In this document: in pieces, positions 9,218 through 19,930 of the stretch
How positions within the stretch are numbered: the first letter of the stretch is position 1
How the letters are laid out: every line of letters starts with the position of its first letter
NCBI GenBank assembly: GCA_002794465.1
Contig: MTSL01000208.1
Location: 80,193-112,192 of the forward strand
Length of the DNA: 32,000 bases
Source of the DNA: Paramicrosporidium saccamoebae KSL3
Taxonomy: Eukaryota > Fungi > Cryptomycota
Direction of reading: 5' to 3'
Made by a program: the position numbers and the translations under genes
Notes under the pieces: model-generated
What the model was told of the DNA's origin: nothing
The model's input: the letters and a program-made list of their open reading frames with translations, nothing else
Databases searched by the model: none

Positions 9218-11195
9218 ATGTCATTTCCGAACTGGGAAGTGTTTCAAGGGAAAGAGTCGGAGAATAACTGGCAAAAGCGCGATGAACAACTGCAGCATCT
9301 GGTAAGAATTATTGAGCAGCGAGAGGAGGCATCTATCATGACAGGATTGCGCGCGTACTACCATGATATTTTGGCCGTGTTACATACCCCAAGGACTCAG
9401 CTCGCATTGTCCGCTTGCAGATTAATCAAGACAATGGCAGCAAGCTTGGAAATGGAAGAGTTTGATTCATTCTCCGAGGCCGCGATAAACAACCTAATAC
9501 GCGTCTGTGCATCAACGAAAAAGCTCATTGCTTCGAGCGGTGAGGCGACACTACAACTAGTGTTCGTAAAAGTAACTCCAAATAGGACTCTGAATGCCAT
9601 TCACTATGGAATGCAGGAAAAAAATGCAGCGCTCAGACAGCGAGTACTTGAAGCTTGGCTTATGACGGTCAGACAAAGCCCTGATCGCTGGTTCCCGCGG
9701 TACTGGTCAGATGTCGAGTCCATGCTCGCAAAAACTGTGGGTGATGCCTCGCCCAGTGTGCGTACCGGAACGATTGAAATTTTAAACATTGCCGAAAAGT
9801 ATTGCAGTGCAGAGATTGCAAGAATGATATCCAATCTGGACCATAGCACTGGAAAGCAGCTTCGCCAGTTAATGTCTAAACGACATCCCAGCAAGATTGA
9901 AAATACTGCCCGACCATGTGATAAGGAGAATGTCTTTGATAATACCGTCCGGTCATACCACAAGGAAAGTACTTTTGAAAGTGCGTCTGAAGACACTGTA
10001 CAGCCATATGACAGAGTCGTCCAACCGTGTCATAAGGAAAGTGTTTCTGAAAACACTGCACAGCCATATGGTGACGCAAGCGGCCCCGAAAACGCTGCAC
10101 GGCCGAGTGATGAGTCTATTGTTGAAAATTGTGTCTCCCTTGCAAGTCCAAGCGATAGCCTCGTCGTTGAAAATCCATTTATAGCGGGAGAACCCGAAGA
10201 AATGACTTTATTGTCAAGTCAAAATCTTCAATCTGAAGACGACACTGACGATGAAATAATTATTCCAATGCAAGGGATCTCTATGAGTGATTCTGGGGCG
10301 ACCGCTTGTTCACGAATCCCAGTTCGTACCCCCGAGAATCGCAAACTCGCCCTTTTTACACCATTTAGACGATTCGTGCAGCGTAATCTCATTCGCAACT
10401 TAGTGATGATGTAGATACGACGGGATCGCCCACGAGTCCCTCCCAACTATCCATTGACACCCTTATTAGGCAGGCCTCGGATTCGCCCGCCTCAGTTGCC
10501 ATTTGGAAGAAACTTTGTATTATGGCCGAATCTAATCATCCACATCTGACGTCCGCCAAAGTGTTAGCCCTTTTCACTGCAATCCACAGCACATTAACTT
10601 TGCTTTCAGTACGATTCAGCTCCAATACTAACGTAGCTCGTAGGCGGATGGCATTGGAACCGTGGGATGTCTGGTCAAACAATTACTCAAAGGCTCTAAA
10701 GTGTTCTTTGCACTGCCAACCGAAATCTTGTGCACTGTGCTCTTCTTAGATTACCATTTTCCCGAAATGATTTTGCTATGGCATACATCACCTTGGACCT
10801 GGATCAACCCTACAAAGGAAGTAGTCGAGTTTGTCGTTAATTTTGCCGCTGAATCTCTGGTCGCAAAAGATGACGAGGCAACCTCTCGCTACGCAAGCAC
10901 TGCGTTAGATTGCCTCCAGCGCACATTTTCCACTGAGAGCGGCGATACTGACACTCTTGTATCTTGCCTGCCCATGCTGAACAAGGTACCAATCGCACGT
11001 AGGTATTAATGGCTCTTATAGATTTGGATATATTCCAGAGATTTGAACGTGAAAAAGTCAGTTGTTGCTTGTATAACCACAATTCGATGTCAATTAGGTG
11101 ATTCTCTGTTCTTCCAAATGGTTCCACTGCTAACAGCTCCACAAAGACGCTTACTGGATGCATATATGAGCATTGAGAGCCTAGCCCCTAGATAA
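9218..11195 (+). CDS. STU1: CLASP/Stu1 microtubule regulator, compact form (about 624 aa)
   Basis: Exons 9218-10382, 10415-10608, 10644-10985, 11022-11195; introns of 32, 35 (with TACTAAC) and 36 nt. N-terminal TOG (ESENNWQKRD..PRTQLALSAC). Last exon SRDLNVKKSVVACI..LG..LTAPQRRLLDAY matches the CLASP C-terminal motif. Confidence 0.82.
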
Positions 11196-11268
11196 ATTGC
11201 ATATTCGTTGTTTACTGACCTTTTTCTGATTGGCCAGCGGAATTCGCAGTTGAGGAATACCACCAATC

Positions 11269-11909
11269 ATGGTACCTACAGACACGGTCGAGGTCAAGCT
11301 TGCAGCCCTCCAAATCACACAAGCTGAGGAAGACATGGCAACTAGTCGGCTTGAACGGCGTCCCAGTCTCTGTAAGCACAATTTGTGTGTTAACACTATA
11401 GTGAGTACCGACGATGTAGACAAGCTGTATCACCATTTCCTTCGTATCGACGAGGATGGAAACGGCGTAATCGATCGTGACGAGCTACTTCGTATCCCAT
11501 CTGTGGCCGGCAACCCGCTGGCATCGCGACTTCTCGAGCTATTTGACACTGATGACAGCGGCGATATTAACTTTAGCGAATTCGTCACTGGCTTGTCCAT
11601 ATTTAGCGCCAAGAGCAGTTCTGAAAAGAAATACAAATGTACGCGGTCGGAACGAGTTAATTTGTAGTTGCATTTGATTTGTATGACCTGGACAAGGACG
11701 GCTACATTTCAAATGGTGAACTGTTCATTGTGCTCCGAATGATGACGGGCGACCATCTAAAGCCGGTGCAGCTGCAGCAGATTGTAGATAAAACGATCCG
11801 TGATGCCGATACGGACGGTGATGGCCGACTAAGTTTTGAGGAATTCCGCAAGGTTGTTGAGAATCACAACGGGGATTTTGTGAACAAGTGGGCCGTAGCA
11901 GATTTGTAG
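11269..11909 (+). CDS. CNB1: Calcineurin B regulatory subunit
   Basis: Four EF-hands ([45 protein letters not shown]); LQQIVDKTI. Introns 11372-11401 (30 nt, in frame) and 11639-11667 (29 nt). Start 11269 or 11335. Confidence 0.95.
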
Positions 11910-12147
11910 AGTGGAAAACAGCAATCGGAATTTAGCAGTTTTTTAAAACGGGAAATAACAATCAGTTGTAAAAGTTTTGTAAAACAGAGAACAGCAATAA
12001 GCTGTAATAGTTTTATGTTTCATGTTTTACGTTCTGTTTTGTAAAATAGAGATAAATTCAGCTTGCTACTAAACAGCCTATCTAGAATGATCAACCCAGT
12101 CTCTTACAAGCTTGAAACTTTATTTAATTTCTCATCTTTCTCCCATC

Positions 12148-14850
12148 TTATGCCGGCTGTTTAGAACGATCCCCTGAATTTTTTTGGGAAATATGCATTA
12201 AGAAGATCACAGTAAAGCAAACAACACAAGAAAGAGCCTGCATCATAAATCGCGGCGTAAACATTTTCCAAAGCATTAAATGTCGAAGCAACACTGCTGA
12301 GCTGACCGCCGAAGAGACTAGTGGCGCTAGGTGGAACCAAATGTATGCGCTATAAGTATCCATCGCGTTCTTGGGCTTTTTCTCAGCGTGTATTGAAATG
12401 GCAATTGCTGCAAGTGCTGGTCCTCCGAATGTATTTAGACCCATCAAGGTCCCTGCAACCGCTTGGATTGTTGATCGGAAACCGATGAACGCGGCTTCCC
12501 ATTGTAGATTTGTGATAGTAGCCTGGTGTCCAGAGATGAAGAAAAGATGCATCCCAGCTAGATAGTAAAATAGGGCAACTACTGGAGAAGGACGGCCAGC
12601 AAATAGAGGAATGCCGAGACGGAGTAAAGCAAATCCTGCCACTACCAACACCCACCCACCAAATGGACGTAGAACCGTCCCCACTAGGGCGGCCACAGCG
12701 ACAAAGAAGAGGGCAGAAGATTTTCGAAATAGAATGGCAGCAGTGGCGCAGAGGATGAACAGGGCACGCGGTACAATAATTTCCATCATTTGGTCCAATT
12801 CTCTCTCAGGTGCACCGCCTTCCAGGTCTCTCGTTTCCGATATCCAGGTCCAAACCCAGTGGGTTCCAAGAAGAGTCAGGATGCCGAAATACAGGAAATG
12901 GCCTACAAGAGACACTATTGATTCCCTCGCCTCTCCAAGACTGGCATGGCATCGTTTAAAGATCCAAAATAAGCCAACGATACCCATGGATAGTGAAAGC
13001 AAAACCTCAACTGACAATTGCCAAGGTTGAGACCGGTGTACTATGACTTGACAAAATGGAAACTGCTCCTCTCGACATGCGCCAGTGTAGGATGTTAGGC
13101 GGACTAACAGCAGTGCAGTCAAGGTTCTTGAAAATCTTTTTCTGTTCATTGATCCCTCAAAGAAAGACACTAGTGCATCTTGAGCGATAACTGATGACAG
13201 CAGAAAGCGAACAACACTGTCCTCAAATGTAACATATGCAACTGACCCCAATGCCAAGGTGTGGAAGCTGGAAAGAGCTATGGCGAAAATGGATGAGAAA
13301 CTAATACTATTCCAAATGATAGGGATCAGCATGGCCACTACCGACACGATGGCCAAAGCCAACCCACCATAAATCAGCTTGAGATCGAAATCAGCCCAAA
13401 TACGACGACAATATTTCTGGGATGACAATAAGAAATCATAAAATGCAAAGAATGCCTCCTCTAGCTCTTCCTCAGACATTGCTTCCTTCTTGGCTACAAG
13501 TAGCTCGGCATACTGGAGTTTTTTATCCAGCGGCGCTAGACTGCTGGGATCAAAGTTTGACTCGCCCAGGTCTTGGCAGCGTTTCAAAAACCGAGCAATC
13601 TGGTAAGAATTGATACGTGCAGCGTCGACCAGCTTCTTCAGATTACGGGAACGAGCATCCTGCATTGTACTGTATAGACCATGGTCAACGAGAATTTCTG
13701 GAATAATTGTGCCGACGTTTCCATATGGAATGGAAATCCCTGCCAGCAATGCAAATGTTGGAGTAAAGTCGATTTGGGACACAGAGCCTGATAAGACGGC
13801 CTTTTCGTTAGATTCGTCAAAGAAAAATGTTCCATCAAGGTTGAGCAGATCGCGTCTGGCAGTTTCAGCTCGGGTATTAAACGCTCTCCAAAAGAGACTG
13901 TCCTGTTCAACTCCAGATCCTTTCCCATATGTGAACAACACTGAGCCGACTTCTTTAGATGATATCCCACCATGATCACCGTTATCAGTCATTCCGTGAT
14001 CACCCAGTACTATCAGTGTCGTGTCATCTTTGAGTCCGTCGATGATTCTGCGCAGCACTTGGTCCATTTCGCCTAGTTTTTCTCCACAGGCGGGCATTTT
14101 CGGCCCAAACTTGTGTCCACAATGATCAAATCCGAGAAAATGGGCAATTATAACGTCAAATTCATTCTTATCCAACGCAGGGAAAATGTGCTCTTTAATG
14201 CCGTTATCGACCGTATGGAGATCGAACAAGTGGAAACTGTGATAGCCAGCAATCTTTCCCTTGCTCTGCTCTTTAATGATGGGAAATAAACTAAGCCAAG
14301 TATCATCTCCATACATGTCCAGACGGGAATGCCTCTCTGTCTGAAGCAGTTGATGTACGAGGCTGTCTGCCCCCAAAGAGGATTCGGCGAAATTAGCTGC
14401 CATCTCCACAAATGCCGGCAAACTACCTGCAGCAATACTTGATAATCTCTGAGTAGTTGCCGTCGGCGGGTCAGCCACAAAATGGAACAATTTAGCAGAG
14501 CCGTTTTGGACGAGCTCGTAAAGAATTTGCAATTTGTCAAACCAGGCGGCATCTTTTTCGATTCCAGGTTTGGAGGGAAGAGCAAAGTCAATACGTAGTG
14601 CATCTATGACAACAATCACAAATCTTCTCCGCTTCACTGGCAACCAGCAAAAATCTTCCAGAGGACCAGCTGTTGAGAACAGCGGCATGACCGGCAAAGA
14701 GCCACATTCACTTCTATCCTCCACCAGACGACGCACATGAAGAAATCCTTTGGCAAATAGTAAAATTCCGATCACAGTCGCCACTATCAAAACTATTCCG
14801 AGAGTGGAATGGTATTTCCGGTATGCAAAGCACAGCCTTGCAACAACCAT
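12148..14850 (-). CDS. PIGO: GPI ethanolamine phosphate transferase 3
   Basis: IDALRIDF, ADPPTATTQRL, GDDTW, FDLHTVDNG, HFLGFDHCGH, LGDHGMT..GDHGG and C-terminal RHLMLWKMFTPRF. First ATG at 14850 (the track start at 14940 is TTG). Confidence 0.95.
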   Translation of the reverse strand: MVVARLCFAYRKYHSTLGIVLIVATVIGILLFAKGFLHVRRLVEDRSECGSLPVMPLFSTAGPLEDFCWLPVKRRRFVIVVIDALRIDFALPSKPGIEKDAAWFDKLQILYELVQNGSAKLFHFVADPPTATTQRLSSIAAGSLPAFVEMAANFAESSLGADSLVHQLLQTERHSRLDMYGDDTWLSLFPIIKEQSKGKIAGYHSFHLFDLHTVDNGIKEHIFPALDKNEFDVIIAHFLGFDHCGHKFGPKMPACGEKLGEMDQVLRRIIDGLKDDTTLIVLGDHGMTDNGDHGGISSKEVGSVLFTYGKGSGVEQDSLFWRAFNTRAETARRDLLNLDGTFFFDESNEKAVLSGSVSQIDFTPTFALLAGISIPYGNVGTIIPEILVDHGLYSTMQDARSRNLKKLVDAARINSYQIARFLKRCQDLGESNFDPSSLAPLDKKLQYAELLVAKKEAMSEEELEEAFFAFYDFLLSSQKYCRRIWADFDLKLIYGGLALAIVSVVAMLIPIIWNSISFSSIFAIALSSFHTLALGSVAYVTFEDSVVRFLLSSVIAQDALVSFFEGSMNRKRFSRTLTALLLVRLTSYTGACREEQFPFCQVIVHRSQPWQLSVEVLLSLSMGIVGLFWIFKRCHASLGEARESIVSLVGHFLYFGILTLLGTHWVWTWISETRDLEGGAPERELDQMMEIIVPRALFILCATAAILFRKSSALFFVAVAALVGTVLRPFGGWVLVVAGFALLRLGIPLFAGRPSPVVALFYYLAGMHLFFISGHQATITNLQWEAAFIGFRSTIQAVAGTLMGLNTFGGPALAAIAISIHAEKKPKNAMDTYSAYIWFHLAPLVSSAVSSAVLLRHLMLWKMFTPRFMMQALSCVVCFTVIFLMHISQKNSGDRSKQPA

Positions 14851-15644
14851 GGCTCGAATTGATTGGGCGCCACCAAGTCTTATCGTGTGAAGTGGTGAAT
14901 TGATTGGAGCGAGGTTTTCTGAAAATCGCAACGTTGGCAAAGACAGCCAAAGACGCCCAATATGTAACGCAAAAGATTGTTCTGATCACTTGTTCATGTA
15001 ACGTGGGTGAAAAAGTCAAAAGGCACTCAATTATATCGACCAACGTGCTGATCCGATCACATATGAGCGAGATTGGTAATAAGCGAGTCTCCTCCCTCTC
15101 AACAAAGAGAGTAACCGTGATAAATTCTCCGCTACGCAATAATCGGACGATACGGAATGTAAAGAGTGGAACATTATCACAATAGCAGGTGTATTATTAG
15201 TGAAAAGGCTTAACAACATTACGCCAGCTAAGGTAAAGTGCCAACTTGTGATGTAGAGGACTGACTATGTGACGTAGAGGGTTGATTAGTTGGGTATTTG
15301 CGCGCTAGAGTGGATCGCTTTGCTGGGCATTTGAGGACAATGAGATTTGTATCCATACTATTCTAGGATTAGTAGTGAATAAGCCCCTCTTTCCGTCTCC
15401 TCCCGCCTGACAAAGTCCGTGGTATTGTTATCCCCGCTACGTGTCAGATTGTGGCCGCCTTTTAGTTGGCATTCAGTCTCGCCCATTACATGGTGCATAT
15501 GAAAATTAATATACTAGAGGCAATTATTACCGCCAGAAATTTGAATAAATACAAGAATGCTTATAGGTCCTTATGATGAGATGGCGATTGGGCAGTTTCC
15601 AGTTCCGCCATTGGTAAAGCTAGGCAGTAGTGTCGCAAGTCGCA

Positions 15645-16432
15645 ATGCCCGCAGCACTCTTGGACCATTATGAGAGGGAATACCGTGCCCTTTCGGTAGC
15701 ATTATCTCAGAAACTAAGTGATTTTTCCAAGAAGAGTAACGTAGCCCCGAGACTTTTAATGTAGATAGATGAGTCCCCTCTCCGTACCCAAAGCCTACAG
15801 GATGACTTCAATTCTGCCAGGGAAATCGTACTGCAGGCTTATTGTTGCCATAAATATTAGTTGGACCAAATGGAGATTGAAGTTTTGTCTCTTGATGCTG
15901 GAAGCAGACCATCGGCCTTGACCCAACTCAAGTCATTCCGTTCCGAGTTTGGAAAGTTAAAACAAGACTTTGTAAATGCCGTGCGTAATTCTCACTCGTA
16001 GGACAAGGCCACACGCAATGGGGGGCAAGAGGAGCGTGCTATGTTATTCTCTGGAACACCAGAAGACATGGAAGCTGGAATCTTTAGTCCCACTGATCGT
16101 TTATTGAATGACTACGAAGGGCTTGATGCTTCTGGTCAGCGCCTGGACAGGACCCAGAGGATGGCGTTGGAGGCGGAGGAAATTGGAGCCAATGTCCTCG
16201 GTGACTTGAGGAGACAGCGCGAGCAGATTCAGCGAGCCTCGCGCGTTTTACATGAGACAGATAATGACCTCGACCATAGTAATCGCTTGCTCAAAGATAT
16301 CCTCCGCATGTACACTGTAAAACCTTACTTATATTCTTTAGAATGGCCGCTAACCGAGTGATCACGACCCTTGTCATTGGGCTGTTAGTAATCGCGATCC
16401 TTTTTGTTCTGTATCACAAACTCTTCCATTAG
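15645..16432 (+). CDS. VTI1: Qb-SNARE Vti1
   Basis: Exons 15645-15735, 15769-15827, 15861-15971, 16002-16309, 16342-16432; introns of 33, 33, 30, 32 nt. Habc (YEREY, LDQMEIEV), SNARE motif (ALEAEEIGANVLGDLRRQREQI) and C-terminal TM anchor. Confidence 0.93.
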
Positions 16433-16523
16433 CCCAGCATAATAAACGATTGCATAATGGTCTTGAGCCCGATCGATTTCAACACAATGCTCATTGAGAA
16501 AAGGGAAAAAGAGGTTGGTTTAA

Positions 16524-17720
16524 ATGGGACGCCGAAGAGCAAGACTTGTTGTGTCGTCCGACTCTGAATTTGAAACTTTGGAAGCTCTCAAGGAAAATAC
16601 TGAATGGTCTTTTGACTTTGATACTAAGAACATTCCCACAGAAAGAGCTCGGCCAGTCAGTGTTGCTGACCCGTACGAGCTCGTGTACTCTGGACACGAA
16701 AGGGTCATTCAATTTGAAAGCCTAGTTTTGCATCGCAAAAAGATTGAGCAAGTCAGTGTTTGGTTTGAGCAATTCGCCAGCCGGGTACGTGCTGGTCAAG
16801 GGAGCGTTCTCCTTGTAACTGGTCCAACAGGCAGTGGAAAGACTGCACTAGTCCGTTCGTTATGCCACAGAGAATCAATATCGGTTATTGATGGGTATGA
16901 ATATCAGACACGTCAGAAATGTGTGAGGAAGAAGAGCACAATTCAAAATGCGGCATACCCCTCTCTAAAGCTTGTTCCTGACCAAGCCGATGGCCATCTT
17001 GACTCTGAGTCATCCTACGTGGCAGCACCTAGAGTGCTCCTAGTCGATGATTTACCAAACGAAGATGCTTCAGATTGCGTAGAAGATATTCTGTCCATTT
17101 ACAATGCCAAAGGGCTACAGGTAATTTTTATCGTAACTGATCCGTGTTCCCAGCAAGGACTCTTGGACGATCTCCTAGTGAGGCGGATATCAAGGCTGCC
17201 ACTGGTAGTTCACGTACAGTTCAATCCTGTTGCACCTTCATTTATCAAAAAGCTTCTCGGGGGTTCGGATTTTTGTCCCGCGTCCTCTATCGGAGACATA
17301 AGAGCAGCAATTATAGATTCAGTTTTTAATTCTGGCGGTCAGCGAGATTCCAGCTATGGAATTTTTCATGCGGTGGGCAAAATTTTGTATCCAAGAACTC
17401 GGAAGGAACAAGTTGATGTTGCTGCTCTTACAGAGCACGATCGTACCCAATTCCATGCCTTTTTGCATGCCAACTATTTGAAATTCATTTCAAAATTCGA
17501 GCCATTAACAGTCGTTAGCTCCGCATTTTCGTTAATCGATTCCGTCGACTGGAATATCAAGATGGACTATTTCTGGGAAGCGAGCTATTCCTCACTGCCT
17601 GAACTTGTCATTAGCGATATCATTAACCGGCAAAGTTCAAAGCCTCATAAAAAGGGCTTTCAGGCCATTGAGGGGCCTTTTCGGATGGTACAGGCCACAA
17701 ATAAATCTTGCTGTTTATGA
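16524..17720 (+). CDS. RAD17: Checkpoint clamp loader Rad17/Rad24, compact
   Basis: LVLHRKKIEQVSVW, Walker A LLVTGPTGSGKT, Walker B LLVDDLPN, GDIRAAI, FHAVGKILY. 398 aa; 3' end could hide an intron. Confidence 0.87.
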   Translation: MGRRRARLVVSSDSEFETLEALKENTEWSFDFDTKNIPTERARPVSVADPYELVYSGHERVIQFESLVLHRKKIEQVSVWFEQFASRVRAGQGSVLLVTGPTGSGKTALVRSLCHRESISVIDGYEYQTRQKCVRKKSTIQNAAYPSLKLVPDQADGHLDSESSYVAAPRVLLVDDLPNEDASDCVEDILSIYNAKGLQVIFIVTDPCSQQGLLDDLLVRRISRLPLVVHVQFNPVAPSFIKKLLGGSDFCPASSIGDIRAAIIDSVFNSGGQRDSSYGIFHAVGKILYPRTRKEQVDVAALTEHDRTQFHAFLHANYLKFISKFEPLTVVSSAFSLIDSVDWNIKMDYFWEASYSSLPELVISDIINRQSSKPHKKGFQAIEGPFRMVQATNKSCCL

Positions 17721-17729
17721 GCAAAGGTG

Positions 17730-17825
17730 CTGTTGATGGGTGAGCTGTTTTGATCAAAGTGTATGGTTTCTTCATAGGTAGCCAAACTGGACTGTGGGAT
17801 CGCTATCTGAGTTAGGCACACCAAC
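17730..17825. other. Copy 1 of a duplicated ~95-nt non-coding element
   Basis: Shares CTGTTGATG, AAAGT, GGYAGCCA, GTGGGATCGCTATCTG and CACCAAC, in order and with near-equal spacing, with 19931-20025. Confidence 0.75.
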
Positions 17826-17862
17826 CAATCATAAGCGGATACTGTTTATGAAACTTTAATCA

Positions 17863-18740
17863 CTACATGTTCAGGACAGGCAGCTTTCCTAGCTCGAATA
17901 GGGCGTCATCGACAGCCCTCTCGGATGTATCTGCGACATTGACAGCTTCAATCTGTCTGTTGACATCTTCAGCCCATTTGCTTTGCAATGCTAGCAAGGC
18001 CACGAGGGAAGGGTCTAAATAGGGGACCCGAAGATCAATGAGCTGAGGAATGCCGCTCAACATAGTCTCGTGGATCTCTTCATACGCTTCACGCGTTCTC
18101 TCCTCTTCAGACTCCAACTATGGTGTGAGAAAGGCCACTTATATGTACACGAGGAAGTTTTTCCGCGTCACTCAATGGTTTATCTGTAGCCCTTCGAACT
18201 TTGCTACGAGCAGCATCATAATCCAAAAGTTTCGCAGTCCTTCTTTTGGACAATTCCTCGCATTCGGGGAACAAAATGCCATAACGAGTGATCGGGTCTA
18301 TTACAGCCGCACGGAATGCTTCGTCAAAGTCGTGTCTACCATGTGTGGCGAGCAGTTCGGTAATATCCTTGTACATTCGCGCCTGGCGGGCAGCAGGAGA
18401 GCCTTCATCAAAGAGACTAGCCATACCAGCGGCTACTCGCTCTTGGCCCAGCGCTACTGCGCGAACAGAGTCCAAATAAGCCTTTGCTTCACGATGAAGC
18501 GTCTCTACTTTTCCGCCTAAACTGCATCGTTATGAAGGAATCCCAATCTTGTACGATTTCAGTCGTCCATCATGGACTTCAAAGTCGGGGTCCAACTAAC
18601 GTTAGCAATTTCATCCTGAATACGGTTCGTTCGGCCATTCCAGTCTTCTGGAGAATACTAGTGCCTGCTCGATTGATATTTTTCTTGAGACTATCCCTAA
18701 TACAAGTAAATTTGACAAAAAACTATACTAACCAATTCAT
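17863..18740 (-). CDS. RVS161: BAR-domain amphiphysin Rvs161
   Basis: Exons 18740-18733, 18696-18624, 18595-18555, 18521-18149, 18117-17863; introns of 36, 28, 33, 31 nt. MNWDSLKKNINRAG, EAKAYLDSVRA, VIDPI, LLDYDAARSKVRR..DKP..D..KLPR, PQLIDLRVPYLDPS. Confidence 0.95.
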
Positions 18741-18872
18741 TCTGACAATGGGGCGCCACTGTAGTTTGCAGCAACAATTGATTTTCTTAACTCAAAAGGC
18801 GCTTTCCAGGCAGATCTTTGGCAAGCAACACATCATATATATAAGTTCATTTATTGCGATCAAAATTGCTGC

Positions 18873-19733
18873 TTAAGCTATTGGCATGATCGGCACGGCT
18901 TCAGTCATTTTCTTCTGTTCATGTTTCAGCAATCTCTCTTCGCTAGTATTTGAGAATGAGTTCTCCCTGTCGCCATAGACTGGATCGTACCCCGTAATAT
19001 AGCAGAAAGTGCCGTATGCGGTCAACGCTATCGCATAAAGGATTAAAGTAGTAACAAAGCCAAGGACGATGGATGCAAAAACTTTGGGCCAGAACTGATC
19101 CAGACGCAGTCTCTTGGCAATCTTGTTGAATAGTTTCTGAAAGTCAATCCCTTTCTTGGGGGGCTTTACAGGTTCACCTGGAATCTCACCATTTTTCTCG
19201 CGTTGAATTTGGATTGACTTGAGAAGAGGAGATCCGGGCTTGGGCTTTACAACCATGTCTGTAAAGTAAAGGCGTCTTAAACGTCCACTATCCAATGAAT
19301 AGAGCGCGTTGTGCATGTTGGCAGTGTATCCCTTGGCCACGTTATGCTCATCAACCACGACACGTTCATTAACACGGATGACTTCAAAGTAAATCTTCTT
19401 GTTGAGGTCCTTTGACTTCTCAGAGTCTTTTAGTTTCTTGAGCACCTCGTCCAGCTTCTTAGGGTCTCCTGACTTTTCAAGCTTCTTAGGATCTTCTGAT
19501 TTCTCAAGCTTCTTAGGGTCTTTCGATTTCTCAGGCTTCTTAGAGTCTTTCGATTTCTCGAGTCCCTTAGAGTCCTTATCTTCATGAGTGACTTTTTGAA
19601 GAACATCATGGAAGGTGGGAGGGGCCTTGGCGAATTCTTTAACTTCAGCAAGATGCTCCTTGGAGACCTCAAGATCCGACTTGGCAACGACAAGAGAAGC
19701 AAAGGCAACGACTAGGAGAGTGGCGACTTGCAT
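18873..19733 (-). CDS. Orphan type I membrane protein, Lys-rich, with 9-aa tandem repeats (286 aa)
   Basis: Intact ORF with signal-peptide-like MQVATLLVVAFASLVVA, KSKDPKKLE-type repeats, TM VFASIVLGFVTTLILYAIALTAY and cytosolic GYDPV. No family recognised. Confidence 0.8.
   Translation of the reverse strand: MQVATLLVVAFASLVVAKSDLEVSKEHLAEVKEFAKAPPTFHDVLQKVTHEDKDSKGLEKSKDSKKPEKSKDPKKLEKSEDPKKLEKSGDPKKLDEVLKKLKDSEKSKDLNKKIYFEVIRVNERVVVDEHNVAKGYTANMHNALYSLDSGRLRRLYFTDMVVKPKPGSPLLKSIQIQREKNGEIPGEPVKPPKKGIDFQKLFNKIAKRLRLDQFWPKVFASIVLGFVTTLILYAIALTAYGTFCYITGYDPVYGDRENSFSNTSEERLLKHEQKKMTEAVPIMPIA
19451..19585 (-). repeat. 27-nt coding tandem repeat, about 5 units
   Basis: Encodes (E)DKDSKGLE KSKDSKKPE KSKDPKKLE KSEDPKKLE KSGDPKKLD; plus-strand unit approximately AGCTTCTTAGGGTCTTTCGATTTCTCA. 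Confidence 0.85.
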
Positions 19734-19930
19734 TGTAGGTTGTCTGGAGGATGCACTGGCATGTCTGTTCTTATAGAAATCCTCACGCGGTAGCAGGATT
19801 ATTCACGTTGATTGGTAAAAGTTGACACTAGCGAAGCATTCTCGAACTTGAATGAAGTCGCACCAATCAGGTGCCAACGACTCGGCGTCCAATCACCGAG
19901 GAAGTTAATATGATTTGTAGTAAAAAGGCC

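Noticed and set aside
10412-10414. Internal stops in CLASP, FAH, tubulin etc. as recoding, a variant genetic code or pseudogenes
   Set aside because: Each stop falls inside a GT-AG intron whose removal restores the conserved frame; TAA, TAG and TGA all act as normal terminators.
14910-15030. ERG28-like hydrophobic frame on the minus strand
   Set aside because: The RTFGxW core is missing and the frame runs on into the PIGO start region.
15378-15422. RNase MRP-like AAAGTCC (+) and GGGGCTTATT (-)
   Set aside because: The two motifs are on opposite strands, and I found no complementary P4 partner for either at a suitable distance.
15451-15470. U5 snRNA loop I-like CGCCTTTTAG
   Set aside because: Does not match the invariant GCCUUUUAC and lacks the long flanking stem and Sm site.
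17750-17780. SECIS, or snR30/U17 m2 (AAACCAT), in element copy 1
   Set aside because: Helix spacing is wrong, copy 2 lacks the motifs, m1 is absent, and the neighbouring genes have no in-frame TGA.
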